NCBI GenBank assembly: GCA_963555755.3
Contig: OY820905.2
Span: 1,856,001-1,920,000, forward strand
Source of the DNA: Nitrospirales bacterium
GTDB lineage: Bacteria > Nitrospirota > Nitrospiria > Nitrospirales > UBA8639
Direction: 5' to 3'
DNA: 64,000 nucleotides
Numbering within the stretch: the first letter of the stretch is position 1; each line of letters starts with the position of its first letter. Shown here one piece after another: positions 43,249-53,511 of the stretch. The notes beneath the pieces were generated by a model. The model searched no databases, was not told the origin of the DNA, and saw only the letters and a program-made list of their open reading frames with translations. The position numbers were made by a program, and so were the translations under genes.

Positions 43249-44577
43249 TTATTCAAAGTCAGCAAGCGCCGGAGGTTCTTGGCCCTCTTTCACTTGCGAC
43301 AAATAATCAACAATTTTATTCACGGCCCCAGCGCTTAACTTCAGGCCAAAATCCTTGGGCATTTGGTTGTCAGGAAAATCTTTCACGACATACGCACTGG
43401 GATTTAAAATTGACTCCGTGATATATTCCCGTGTTGACTCTGCTTTTCCCTGATACCCCGGATCCTTTAATCTCTTAGGCGCATTAGTGCCTTCCATCAA
43501 CAAGGGACCCAATTTCCCAACAGCATCTTTAATTCCAGGAATAGTATGGCAAGCCGGACAACCTGCTTTCATGAAAAGATCCGTAATTGCCTCTTCGCCT
43601 GTTGCAAGCACTCCCCCGGCTGGCCCTTCGTCAGTACTGGCTTTAGCTCTATCTTTTTCAGGAATAAATTTTTCATAGGAAACTTGAATTTCATCGTAGG
43701 TGGGAGCTTCCTTTCCCTCCCGCACATATAACCACGTATCCACGGCTGCCAATTCTCCAATCGTAAGAGAAATCGGCGGCTTATGAATTCTGGGCATGGG
43801 ACTTTCAGTATCATTTGTTCCTTTTACCCCAAAACCAGGAACGACAAAGCAATCGGGACAGGCATGTGATTCAGCTATATATTCCTGAGCGGTGGTGGCT
43901 GTTCCCGATCCATCAAACGCCTCCTTTTGCGCCGTATTACGAGACGCCGGATCGTTCATAAAATATTTTTCATGTTTCAAACGTTCTTCTGCCCGAGCAG
44001 GAATATCCCAGAGATTCGGGGCTCGCTCACTTAAAAACCCCTTATTGAAACCATGACAAAGAGGACATTGCCCTTTTCCTATGGCGCCCTGAACTTTACT
44101 TTGTCCAAGACCACCAAAAATTATTTTTTCCCCTTCATCCCCAAGCTGCTGACCACTCATGCTTTGGAAATCCAGCTTTACTTCCGGAGGGGGAAACCCC
44201 CCTTCTACTTGAGGAAGCCAATTACCATAACCAGACAGTGCTGCGGCCACAAAAAACATGAAACCACCGATTCTCATTAACGCACTGATATTGGTGAAAT
44301 ACACACCCATGAGAAACGTTAGGGTGGTGATCATGACCAACGAAATTGGTAGTTTTCCATCATTGATCCCAAAGTTGCCCTTATAATTGACGATAGCAAT
44401 CAATAACAAGACCGCGGCCAATAGCCCGATCATGGTATTGAACCTCATGCTTTTTTTCTCAGCAGGATCTGAAACCCTTGATTGCTTAAATAGGAAAACT
44501 GCCACAATCAAGACTAATAACGGCCAACCAAATGAGAGTGCCTCTGCTAGTAATTCAACCACCTTAACTCCCTCCAT
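43249..44577 (-). CDS. membrane-bound diheme cytochrome c
   Basis: Four N-terminal TM helices; CPLCH and CPACH. Confidence 0.85.
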   Translation of the reverse strand: MEGVKVVELLAEALSFGWPLLVLIVAVFLFKQSRVSDPAEKKSMRFNTMIGLLAAVLLLIAIVNYKGNFGINDGKLPISLVMITTLTFLMGVYFTNISALMRIGGFMFFVAAALSGYGNWLPQVEGGFPPPEVKLDFQSMSGQQLGDEGEKIIFGGLGQSKVQGAIGKGQCPLCHGFNKGFLSERAPNLWDIPARAEERLKHEKYFMNDPASRNTAQKEAFDGSGTATTAQEYIAESHACPDCFVVPGFGVKGTNDTESPMPRIHKPPISLTIGELAAVDTWLYVREGKEAPTYDEIQVSYEKFIPEKDRAKASTDEGPAGGVLATGEEAITDLFMKAGCPACHTIPGIKDAVGKLGPLLMEGTNAPKRLKDPGYQGKAESTREYITESILNPSAYVVKDFPDNQMPKDFGLKLSAGAVNKIVDYLSQVKEGQEPPALADFE

Positions 44578-44659
44578 CCCTATTGGCTCCCATGTTTTAC
44601 ATGAGAGCCAACCTTCTTGGATCTTCTATTTCGTTAAAAGAATTTTATATTCTTTCCAT

Positions 44660-46621
44660 TCATTTCCCCCCGGCTGGCTGCGGTACAGGAATGGCAGGTG
44701 CTGGCTCTGTTGCTGGGACAGGCACCTTTTTCATACCAAGAGTCCCAAGCCAGAAGACAAACATAATTGTAATCCAGAAAAACAACACATTGAATGAAAT
44801 GACGTTCGCAGCAAATCCGATTGTGTGGGTATATGCCCATGGCGAATTATCTCGCATGACTTCATTGACATGCCAGAATAACCTTACCGATGATCGAATA
44901 TACCCCATTAACCCCATCATCCATGTAAAGGCCGTGGCCAACATGATAAGAGCGTATTGGGACCTCGAGGAAATTTTTCCATACTTAATAGGCCCAATTT
45001 CCTTTGCCCCCTTTAACATGATGAGGTTGATCGTCGTTCCTATAAACAGACAGGACAGTGTTCCCGCTACTTGCGGGACTGACAGTCCTATTCGAACATT
45101 TGCGGGTATGAAGTAGCCGTAACTGGCCACCCATATATTATTGACATGCGCCACCACAAAAAATGTTATCAAAAATATGTTTCCAAAACTCGCCCACTTA
45201 ACAGCGGGCATCTTATTCCCTCGCTGATACCATATAAAGCTCGCGATCGTGGTCATGATAATCGCATTTATGCCTCCATTCTTGGCCGACATCACGCCAA
45301 AGTTCCCCAGAACCGGGTGCTGCTGGCCACCCATGGCTTTCAATTCTGCTGGAGTCATTACAATGGTGTGTGGCGTAATGAAGACAAGGAGCCCGACAAC
45401 AAGAATGAAGACGAAGTATTTTATATACTTCTGGAACCTTTCTCCTCCACTCATTCTCCCCAGTGCCTGCCAGAGATAATAGTTGGTTGTGAGAAAAAGA
45501 ATACCAATCATGGTAGCCTGGATAATAAACAACCACGCCAACAAACCACCCATTAACGTAATACCCATTTGTTGCCTATAGGCATACACTTCCCGCATCA
45601 ACCAATACCCGGCAAAAGGCAATGGAATTAAAAATGCGACACCCAACGACATGGCGATATAACCCATCCAATCATAATGGGCTCGCTCTTCATCGGTTCT
45701 GGCCGATAAAAATCGGTAGGCCGCATAGGCGGCCACCACGCCACCACCAAATGCCATATTCCCAAGAATCCTATGCACATTCAGAGGATTCCAGAGCGCA
45801 GAATGGATGACGTTCCAAATATTCCCAAGGTATCGCCCCTGTTCATCAATACCCGCAGGAGACATCATGAAGGCAATCCATGAATTGGCCAGGAACATCA
45901 ACAGCGTACCGATCACATTCAGGACCACACAGATACTGAGATGTATCCATTTCATAATGCCTTCCGTCATCTTGTCCCATCCATAGTAATAAATGTAGAG
46001 GACGCCGCTCTCCGCCACAAACATAAATGCATAGATATGCATGACAGGACGAAAAATACTTGAAAGGTACCCGAAAAACGCCGGATACAAGGTGAGGAAG
46101 GTGAAGATGAGAATACCTCCGAGAATAGCAGTCAGAGAGTATGCCGTCAGACTGATCTTAATAAAGTCATGAGCCAACTGGTCATACTTTTTGGCCATGG
46201 CCTTATCCTTAGAGACCATCCCGGCAAACTCTACACACATACAAAAAATAGGAACAGCCAACACAAAACTTCCATAGTAAAGGTGCTGCTGGTTTGCTAC
46301 CCAAAGAAGCACGCGGCTTTCAAAATTGTACCGCGGATAAAACTCCGCAGTATCCTTCGTTCTTGGAGCAGGCGCACCAACCACAGGGCCTTCAATTTTG
46401 TAGTAAATATCTCGACCAACTTCAACGGGCTCTGCTTCGCCCTCCGCTTCGGCTCCCTGAGCAGCCACAACGTCAGCAGGAGGACCACCACCTGCTGGGG
46501 CCCCACCAGCCAATGCCGGAAGCGCCATAAAAATAGGGAGGACCAACATTCCCCCCATCGCAAAAAGACCTGTAAACGCCAGGATTTTCTTCCTGACTTG
46601 TCCAGAATTGAGGCGACCCAT
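44660..46621 (-). CDS. cytochrome bd-like oxidase subunit (CydA-like), paralog 1
   Basis: Highly polytopic; QQHLYYGSF, FVAES, ANSWIAFMMSPAG, LNVHRILG; no cydB nearby. Confidence 0.8.
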   Translation of the reverse strand: MGRLNSGQVRKKILAFTGLFAMGGMLVLPIFMALPALAGGAPAGGGPPADVVAAQGAEAEGEAEPVEVGRDIYYKIEGPVVGAPAPRTKDTAEFYPRYNFESRVLLWVANQQHLYYGSFVLAVPIFCMCVEFAGMVSKDKAMAKKYDQLAHDFIKISLTAYSLTAILGGILIFTFLTLYPAFFGYLSSIFRPVMHIYAFMFVAESGVLYIYYYGWDKMTEGIMKWIHLSICVVLNVIGTLLMFLANSWIAFMMSPAGIDEQGRYLGNIWNVIHSALWNPLNVHRILGNMAFGGGVVAAYAAYRFLSARTDEERAHYDWMGYIAMSLGVAFLIPLPFAGYWLMREVYAYRQQMGITLMGGLLAWLFIIQATMIGILFLTTNYYLWQALGRMSGGERFQKYIKYFVFILVVGLLVFITPHTIVMTPAELKAMGGQQHPVLGNFGVMSAKNGGINAIIMTTIASFIWYQRGNKMPAVKWASFGNIFLITFFVVAHVNNIWVASYGYFIPANVRIGLSVPQVAGTLSCLFIGTTINLIMLKGAKEIGPIKYGKISSRSQYALIMLATAFTWMMGLMGYIRSSVRLFWHVNEVMRDNSPWAYTHTIGFAANVISFNVLFFWITIMFVFWLGTLGMKKVPVPATEPAPAIPVPQPAGGK

Positions 46622-46711
46622 GACCGACCTCCTTTTTCCTTTGAAAATATTCAAAGAGCCAAAGTATGTGTTAAATTTTTCACTACTATTCAATTCATTT
46701 CACCCAATCAC

Positions 46712-46828
46712 TTAGCGAAGAATATAGAAGTAATCCAATCCCTGCATGTCCATTAAAAACCAATCGAGGAACTGAAAATACGCTACAGAAATCACCAACG
46801 AAATACCAATATAAATGATCTTTTGCAT
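46712..46828 (-). CDS. 38-aa membrane peptide
   Basis: MQKIIYIGISLVISVAYFQFLDWFLMDMQGLDYFYILR with a strong AAGGAGGAG RBS. Confidence 0.7.
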   Translation of the reverse strand: MQKIIYIGISLVISVAYFQFLDWFLMDMQGLDYFYILR

Positions 46829-46863
46829 GCCAACTCCTCCTTAAAACCTACTCTGTTCCGAAA

Positions 46864-46977
46864 TCAACAAGGACATTGAATGCCGGCAAACCAATAAAAG
46901 AAATACAGACTTGCAGAACAGGTGATATAGAATATCGCCTTGCCGACCTTAATTTCAACTGGATCCGTTCGCGCCAT
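46864..46977 (-). CDS. 37-aa membrane peptide ending in CPC
   Basis: MARTDPVEIKVGKAIFYITCSASLYFFYWFAGIQCPC with an AGGGG RBS. Confidence 0.65.
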   Translation of the reverse strand: MARTDPVEIKVGKAIFYITCSASLYFFYWFAGIQCPC

Positions 46978-47113
46978 AATTTACCCCTAAAGTACTTAAA
47001 TAGTTAACCTTAAATGATTACACTCTTGACACTTTTCTTTTCGATATGATACTCATCGTTCACTTTTTATTCATGAGGTCAAAAGAATGCGAAATGATGC
47101 GAAATTGTTCGAC

Positions 47114-47142
47114 ATTATAGTGCTGGCTGGGATGGTTGTCAA
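47114..47142 (-). promoter_or_regulatory. consensus sigma70 promoter for the bd-like oxidase operon
   Basis: Minus strand reads TTGACA-accatcccagccagcac (17 nt)-TATAAT. Confidence 0.75.
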
Positions 47143-47199
47143 TATTCTTTTAGCTGTGTTTTTGATTCTGTACTACTTCGACTTCCTCTAATCTCACGT

Positions 47200-48114
47200 T
47201 TACTTTTTAGAATCTTTGAACGCGGTATTATCAGTGTTTTTACCTAATTCTGATGCCGCACACCTGAAGCCAATCGTCTCATCCCTGAAATTTGGGACCA
47301 TAAAGCTCCTTCCGGTAATTCGTAAATCGATTCCGTGGCTGGTATACCCTGCTCCGCGAAGAGTTTTATATCCTCCACGATCGGCAAAATTGGTTTCACG
47401 AGGTTCATTCGGTGGCGCGACTTGCTCCTCATACCAATTGCTGACCCACTCCATCATATTTCCATACCCATCATAGATTCCAAAAGGGCTTCGGTCCAAA
47501 GGGAAAGAACCCACCGGCGCTGTGACCTCAAACCCATCCTCCACACCACCCAGGTTCGCCTTGAAAATTCTTGGAGAATTTCCCCATGGCCAAAGCCGGC
47601 CATCTATCCCCCGCATGGCTTTTTCCCATTCCGCCTCTGTGGGCAATCGCCTACCTTTCCACTGACAATAGGCATCCGCATCATACCAGGACACATAGGC
47701 CACGGGTTGATTGGGGCCACGGAGCTGATCCAAACGCTTTGCATATCGCGCCGGTGGACCAGGGTTACGATGCCCCGTTTGCTCAACAAATTCAAAATAA
47801 TGGTGATTCGTCACTTCATGCCGGCCAATCCAAAAACCATCCAATGGCACAATTCGCTCCGGACGCTCATTATACCCACCTTGCGTTGTACCCTGGATAA
47901 ACTCTCCAGGAGAAATAAACACCATTTCTTCTTTGATGATCGGCTCAGGGGAGTCAGAAGGAGAATGAGATCGGGTAGACTGAAGAGGTTTGGCCATCTT
48001 GGCAAGATCCGGATCAGGAGGTGGAGGATTAGTTCCTCGCAAGATTCCTGAAATCGGCATGCCCACCATGAACAAAATCACGGCAGCGAGAATAAGCTTT
48101 AATCGACCATCCAT
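47200..48114 (-). CDS. FGE-sulfatase (SUMF1) domain protein
   Basis: RLPTEAEWEKA, GNMMEWV, GFRCA. Confidence 0.88.
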   Translation of the reverse strand: MDGRLKLILAAVILFMVGMPISGILRGTNPPPPDPDLAKMAKPLQSTRSHSPSDSPEPIIKEEMVFISPGEFIQGTTQGGYNERPERIVPLDGFWIGRHEVTNHHYFEFVEQTGHRNPGPPARYAKRLDQLRGPNQPVAYVSWYDADAYCQWKGRRLPTEAEWEKAMRGIDGRLWPWGNSPRIFKANLGGVEDGFEVTAPVGSFPLDRSPFGIYDGYGNMMEWVSNWYEEQVAPPNEPRETNFADRGGYKTLRGAGYTSHGIDLRITGRSFMVPNFRDETIGFRCAASELGKNTDNTAFKDSKK

Positions 48115-48162
48115 CGTACAAACAGTTGCCCATTCCCTTGTGGGCCACCAAACTTGAAATCG

Positions 48163-49116
48163 CTACGTGCCGGGGTACTCCGCCTTTGATGAAGGCTCGT
48201 AGGCATCAGCATCAAGGGCGCAACGGAAACCCATGGTGGCATCAGTCCTCCACAGCTTGGCAGCAAACCGTTTAGTCACTCGTGCGTTTAATTTCGAGTC
48301 ACGCCATGTGCCGCCTCGAATCACTTTAAACTCTGAGGCCTCCGGCCCCGGGGGGTCTCGAAAGGGTGTGTTTTGATAATATTTTGGATGGTAAGTATCC
48401 GCCACCCATTCCGCGACATTCCCAGTCATATCATACACCCCATAGGGACTGCGGCCGACTTCATACGATCCAACAGGCGCGAGATACGGAAAGCCATCAT
48501 CATCCCCATCGACATTGGAAAACGTATAACTAAACTCATTACCCCACGGATACATACGACGCCCTTCACCCCGTGCAGCTTTTTCCCATTCAGCTTCGGT
48601 TGGCAACCGCTTCCCCGCCCACCGGCAATACCCAAAACCATCATTCCACCCAACGCCGACAACAGGAAAGTCCGGATCAGTGAGTTTTGAAATATCTTCT
48701 TCGAAGACCGGAACCTGGGGTTCCCCTCGCTTCGTCATTTTGACAAAACGATCGTATTCCGACTGCGTCACTTCCTTCAGATCAATAAAGAAGGCCTTAA
48801 GATACACAGGATGGGCTGGAGCTTCATCAGGGTCCCCCTGATCGTGCCCCATTGTAAAGGGCCCTTCGGGGATCTCAACCATTTCACGCCCCTCATTTCC
48901 CATAACAGTACGATACATCGAAAAGTCTTGGACTTTCACGGGCTCGATTACCCGCGGCTTGGCTTTGTGCGATGCCCCAAGAAGTCGTTCCCGCTCAGCC
49001 TTCTCCTTGTACGTTTCATAGACCAACAAACCTATCAGCAGGATAAACGAGCCAAAGACAAAGATGATAGAGCCAATCAGAACACTACGATTTTCCATAA
49101 CACCACGTTTTTCCAT
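48163..49116 (-). CDS. FGE-sulfatase (SUMF1) domain protein
   Basis: RLPTEAEWEKAARG, DMTGNVAEWV, GFRCA; N-terminal TM segment. Confidence 0.88.
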   Translation of the reverse strand: MEKRGVMENRSVLIGSIIFVFGSFILLIGLLVYETYKEKAERERLLGASHKAKPRVIEPVKVQDFSMYRTVMGNEGREMVEIPEGPFTMGHDQGDPDEAPAHPVYLKAFFIDLKEVTQSEYDRFVKMTKRGEPQVPVFEEDISKLTDPDFPVVGVGWNDGFGYCRWAGKRLPTEAEWEKAARGEGRRMYPWGNEFSYTFSNVDGDDDGFPYLAPVGSYEVGRSPYGVYDMTGNVAEWVADTYHPKYYQNTPFRDPPGPEASEFKVIRGGTWRDSKLNARVTKRFAAKLWRTDATMGFRCALDADAYEPSSKAEYPGT

Positions 49117-49180
49117 AATCCCTCAACGTCTATTCGCTTCGTTACCCCAATGAATCAGAAAAGTCTGTCTTTCGGTTTTG

Positions 49181-49495
49181 TCAAGATGCGGTACGATCCG
49201 ATACCGGAACAGCCTTGACCGGTTTCTGAAAAAATATATCGAGAAGCATGGAGATCCACGTTCCCAGAAATCCTCCCATAGCGGCCCCTGACCCTGCACC
49301 AATAGTAATATTGTGAGAACCGGCCACTAGCCACGCCAGCGCCCCGCCTAACACCGCACCAACCAGAATGCCAATAAAAAACAGTCGCCCGCCAATCAGG
49401 CCAATGCCAAACCCTAACGCCAATCCCAAGCCAATTGCGACATAAAAAAACACCCCACCCATCAACAGACCAATGAGCACCCCCACAGTACCCAT
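49181..49495 (-). CDS. small glycine-rich membrane protein
   Basis: Hydrophobic Gly-zipper-like sequence; start uncertain. Confidence 0.6.
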   Translation of the reverse strand: MGTVGVLIGLLMGGVFFYVAIGLGLALGFGIGLIGGRLFFIGILVGAVLGGALAWLVAGSHNITIGAGSGAAMGGFLGTWISMLLDIFFQKPVKAVPVSDRTAS

Positions 49496-49578
49496 GACGC
49501 AGAGGCCAAGTGCGACATCAATAATTTTTTCTTTTGAGATACAGGCCTCCGATTAGTCTACATTTTTCAACAAGGCTT

Positions 49579-49760
49579 AGGACCTGAGAGAAAATAACTT
49601 GAACAATTTCGCATCCAATCTTCGGGCCATCTTTGAACGGGCCTCAATCGAAACACCCTCAACATAGCTGTGCTATGCCTCGGGTTTTTCTCAATCGTTC
49701 CGTCCAAATCCAACCCAAATCTTGGCGCGAAATTGTTCAAGTTATTTTCTCTCAGGTCCT
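49579..49760. mobile_element. MITE family B copy 2 (inverted)
   Basis: Same TIRs as 14593-14772; interior is the reverse complement. Confidence 0.85.
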
Positions 49761-50437
49761 TTTTTCTCACTAATCTCAATCGACCCAAAGTCCACTTCCA
49801 CGCCTGGGCCACTTTGCAATGAAATGCCCCAAGCTTGAGGAGCAGGATCATGGTTATGGATGTCTTTGAAATCCTGATACGCATTGACTTCTTCTTCAAT
49901 CCACTCGCCGATCGGTTCATTCCCTGAACGGATAACTACTTCTGCCGCGCTAAAAATCCCCCCGTCCTTCACATCCCCTTTTTCCCGTGTTCCACTCCAG
50001 ACATACTTCGTGGAAACCGGGATAAACATATAGTCTAAATCCAGATTGGCGAACACCGCAGCAATAAACTCGGTATTCTCAGGAACCGAGTGTATGCGCC
50101 ACCGCCACCTTAAAATGGGATGGGTTTTGGGGTCCCAGCTAATGTGCTTGGTATACACGCGCTGGTTCGCGCCTTTCCCTTTCAAAAATGCCGTCTCACC
50201 TTCCTTATGGATGGAATAGGCTTCTTTGGCCGTGACCTTGCTTCGCGAACCTTCCCAGCCTTGAGGAAAAGCATCTTCATCGGGATGTTGAAAGTCTTCC
50301 AACACCACAGCAGGGGACGACTCATCATGGGCACCCTCTCCATAGACCACCGACCCCATTGGTAAGACTCCGAGCATCAGGACCAAGATGAGGAAAAAAG
50401 GTGTTGGAAATCCACTATTCAATAATTGATCGTTCAC
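49742..50437 (-). CDS. DUF3047-like exported protein
   Basis: Signal peptide; PILRWRWRI...KYVWS...VIRSG...GEWIEEEVNAYQDFK pattern. Confidence 0.65.
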   Translation of the reverse strand: MNDQLLNSGFPTPFFLILVLMLGVLPMGSVVYGEGAHDESSPAVVLEDFQHPDEDAFPQGWEGSRSKVTAKEAYSIHKEGETAFLKGKGANQRVYTKHISWDPKTHPILRWRWRIHSVPENTEFIAAVFANLDLDYMFIPVSTKYVWSGTREKGDVKDGGIFSAAEVVIRSGNEPIGEWIEEEVNAYQDFKDIHNHDPAPQAWGISLQSGPGVEVDFGSIEISEKKGPERK

Positions 50438-52305
50438 ACCGATTCCTCTCGTGAAAAATTCTGTACCAGGGAAACCTCCTGCGTTTCAACCGAAGTTTCT
50501 TTAGTCCGCACCACTTGTCGATCTTTCGTGGCTAACCAAAACATCACAAACACGGACCCCCAAAACAGTACCATATTGATGGTCACCATTTTCGCTACAA
50601 AAATTATCGGCGGTGTAAACGCCCATGGAGAAAGATCAGCCATGACATCCTTGACATGCCACCCTAACCGTCCCGCCGATCGAATATACCCCATTAACCC
50701 CATGACCCATGTAAACATAGCTGCGATCGCAAGTAACGAAACCATGCCACGAACAGAAATTTTCCCCCATTGAATAGGCCCTCGAACCTGAGCACCACGA
50801 AGCATGAGCCGGTTCAGCAGCAAACCGGCAATTAACACCGTGGCGGTCGTGGCTCCTTGCGGAACCGAAAGCCCCACACGGACATGCGCGGGAATAAAAA
50901 ATCCGTAAATCGCCACCCACACAATATTCGCAATACCGACAACAAACAAGGCACCCAACGCAATGTTCCCCGCCGTAGCCCAAGGCACCGTGATGATTCG
51001 ATTGCCTCGGCGATAGAGCAGAAAACTCAACGTCGTCAAACAGATCATCACATTGATGGCGCCATTCTTCGCTGACATGACTCCGAATTGACCAATCACC
51101 GGATGTTGCGCTGCGCCCATGGCTTTCATTTCACTCGGAGTCATCGCAATCGTATGGGGGGTAAACCAGACAAGGAACGAGATCATCAAGCCACCCACGA
51201 TGAACTTGAAATACGGATCAAATCGTTCCCCACCTCTTAAACGCCCCATGGATTGCCAAATATAATAATTGATTCCAAGGAACAGCCCTCCAATCGTCAT
51301 CGCCTGAACCACAAAGAGCCACGAAAGCAATCCGCCCATCATGGTCACGCCCATCTCCTGCCTAAACTCAAACACCGCCCGCATGAGCCAATACCCGGCA
51401 AAGGGCATCGGGAGCAAGGCACACACCATCACGAAAAGGAAGACATAGCCTACCCAATCATAGTACGCGCGTTCCGTTCTCGATTGCGTCCTAAAAAATC
51501 GATAGGCGGCATAGGCACATACAACCGCGCCCCCGGACATGATGTCGGCTAGAAATCGATGGGCATTCAACGGATTCCACAACGGCGAGTGCAACAAATG
51601 CCAAATATTCCCCAGGAACCGACCACTGTCATCGACTCCGGCTGGGGCCATCATAAACGAGGCCCAGGCATTCGCCATCAGAAGTAAGAGGACTCCCATG
51701 GCATTGGCTAACACCCCAATCGACATATGGACCCATTTGCGTCCACCATGAGTCATCCTGTCCCAACTGTAGTAATACAGTAGGATGAGGGAGGATTCGC
51801 CAAGGAACACCGTCGCATATGCTGGCATCAAATCCTTAAACGTGGAGCCCATATAATTCATGAATCCAGGATAGAGTGTGACAAACCCAACCAGCATCAC
51901 ACTGCCCAACAAGGCTGTGACGGACAATGACAACACGCCGACACGTAAGATATCCCGAGCCAAATCATCAAAGTATTTCGCGGCTTCAGGGTCACGACGA
52001 GAACGCGCAAGAAACTCGAGCAACAAGGCAAACAACGGCAAGGCCAAGACAAACCCGCCAAAATAGGTATGCTGCTGCGTGACCATCCAAATTAAAATTC
52101 GATTATCCACCAATCGCCATTGTGGATACACCGATTCGATATCCTCGGCAGCAAGACCCTGAGGAACACCTTGGGTTTGATAATAGACATCCCGAGTAGG
52201 CTCACCATACGGAACCTCTTCCGAAAGAACGACAGAAGCTTGTGAACTGAAAAGGAAGAACAAGCAGAGGAATGCGGAAATTCGAAAAAGCGTTCTCATG
52301 GACAT
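50434..52305 (-). CDS. cytochrome bd-like oxidase subunit (CydA-like), paralog 2
   Basis: Colinear similarity to 44660-46621 (QQHTYFGGF, LWNPLNAHRFLA, GVMSAKNG, FTWVMGLMGYIRS). Confidence 0.8.
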   Translation of the reverse strand: MSMRTLFRISAFLCLFFLFSSQASVVLSEEVPYGEPTRDVYYQTQGVPQGLAAEDIESVYPQWRLVDNRILIWMVTQQHTYFGGFVLALPLFALLLEFLARSRRDPEAAKYFDDLARDILRVGVLSLSVTALLGSVMLVGFVTLYPGFMNYMGSTFKDLMPAYATVFLGESSLILLYYYSWDRMTHGGRKWVHMSIGVLANAMGVLLLLMANAWASFMMAPAGVDDSGRFLGNIWHLLHSPLWNPLNAHRFLADIMSGGAVVCAYAAYRFFRTQSRTERAYYDWVGYVFLFVMVCALLPMPFAGYWLMRAVFEFRQEMGVTMMGGLLSWLFVVQAMTIGGLFLGINYYIWQSMGRLRGGERFDPYFKFIVGGLMISFLVWFTPHTIAMTPSEMKAMGAAQHPVIGQFGVMSAKNGAINVMICLTTLSFLLYRRGNRIITVPWATAGNIALGALFVVGIANIVWVAIYGFFIPAHVRVGLSVPQGATTATVLIAGLLLNRLMLRGAQVRGPIQWGKISVRGMVSLLAIAAMFTWVMGLMGYIRSAGRLGWHVKDVMADLSPWAFTPPIIFVAKMVTINMVLFWGSVFVMFWLATKDRQVVRTKETSVETQEVSLVQNFSREESV

Positions 52306-52307
52306 AT

Positions 52308-53393
52308 CTATGAAGGACGTTCGGGCTGACCCGAAGCGAGAGAAGAAGAAGATGGGGGTACTTGCGTGGATGATACCCAGCCGGTCTTGGCCAAAATTTC
52401 CATCACAAACGGGCAGCGACGCAGTCCCTCTGAAATACCATCTTGCGTCTGCATTTCCACGAACACCCGTGTTCCCAGAAAATAGCTATACCCAACCATT
52501 AACGCACACACCATCCCGGCTAATGTTGCGTATAGGCCAAGCTGATTCGCGCTCAGGTTCAATAAAAAGACCGCGACTCCCCATAGAACTAAATAGTATG
52601 TCAGGGCAAAAGTCAAACAGGGCCACACCCAAAATTGAACGCGTTCCCACCAAGATTGTGACCCGAGTCGTTCGGACCAATTGTGCTCGGGAAATTTGCC
52701 ATGGAGAAAGGCTAATTGCGCCAGGATTCCCGCAACCACCATGGAGAAAATGGCTTGTCCTATTCCGTTCACCCCCCACTCTCCTGCAACGCTGAACATC
52801 ATGGAGAACATGACCCCGGCCACAAGGCCGCCGCCGACCCATTGCGATACATGAAGGGGATCTCTTTGTAGCAACTCCCGAAATGGTTGGCCATTGGGAA
52901 AGGTCACCATCCGAGTGCCTTCAGACTCCAATCGAATCAGATGGCCGATCTCAAAGGCATCTCGCGCCACAGCCGTACAGGGAATAATCAACGCCATCAT
53001 CGCGGGGCCTTCTGGATGGAGCAGAAAATTGTAATTCACAAAAAGAGCGAGCAACGCCAGGACCAACAAGGACAACTGCATGCTATAGACACCGCCGATC
53101 CATCCGGCGATCCAAACCAATCGTTTCAACGAATCGCTCTTGAGGATACGACTCAACGCCTCTTTCCGCCCCATACCATACGCCCACAACGCCGTGAGCG
53201 TGGAAATCACACCACTGAAGGCCAATAACACAAAGGGATCTCCAAGAGGCAGAGGGTCTTTGAGTAATCGATACAGCAGAAAGGCAATGAACCCGGGTGC
53301 CAGCATGACCAGCCGTTTGCGCTTGCGCACCTCACGTTCCGTCACCGCGGCACTGAGTTGAGGAATGACTCGAAGGGCTAGTCGATGGAGCAT
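52308..53393 (-). CDS. membrane protein of unknown function
   Basis: Multiple TM segments; in-operon position. Confidence 0.7.
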   Translation of the reverse strand: MLHRLALRVIPQLSAAVTEREVRKRKRLVMLAPGFIAFLLYRLLKDPLPLGDPFVLLAFSGVISTLTALWAYGMGRKEALSRILKSDSLKRLVWIAGWIGGVYSMQLSLLVLALLALFVNYNFLLHPEGPAMMALIIPCTAVARDAFEIGHLIRLESEGTRMVTFPNGQPFRELLQRDPLHVSQWVGGGLVAGVMFSMMFSVAGEWGVNGIGQAIFSMVVAGILAQLAFLHGKFPEHNWSERLGSQSWWERVQFWVWPCLTFALTYYLVLWGVAVFLLNLSANQLGLYATLAGMVCALMVGYSYFLGTRVFVEMQTQDGISEGLRRCPFVMEILAKTGWVSSTQVPPSSSSLASGQPERPS

Positions 53394-53407
53394 GGGTATC
53401 TCTATAA

Positions 53408-53511
53408 GACGTGAAGCGTAATGCGTGATGCGTGATGCGAAATACAAAAGGAGTAAAGAATAGAACGTATCATATTTTTAACGCTTCACGGATCACGCTT
53501 CACGGATCACG
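53408..53511. repeat. heptamer-periodic inverted array
   Basis: gacgtgaagcgtaatgcgtgatgcgtgatgcg ... cgcttcacggatcacgcttcacggatcacg. Confidence 0.6.

Noticed and set aside
47200..49116. FGE-sulfatase genes plus the RT remnant as a diversity-generating retroelement
   Set aside because: I saw no template/variable repeat pair, and the RT fragment is a group II intron tail about 19 kb away.
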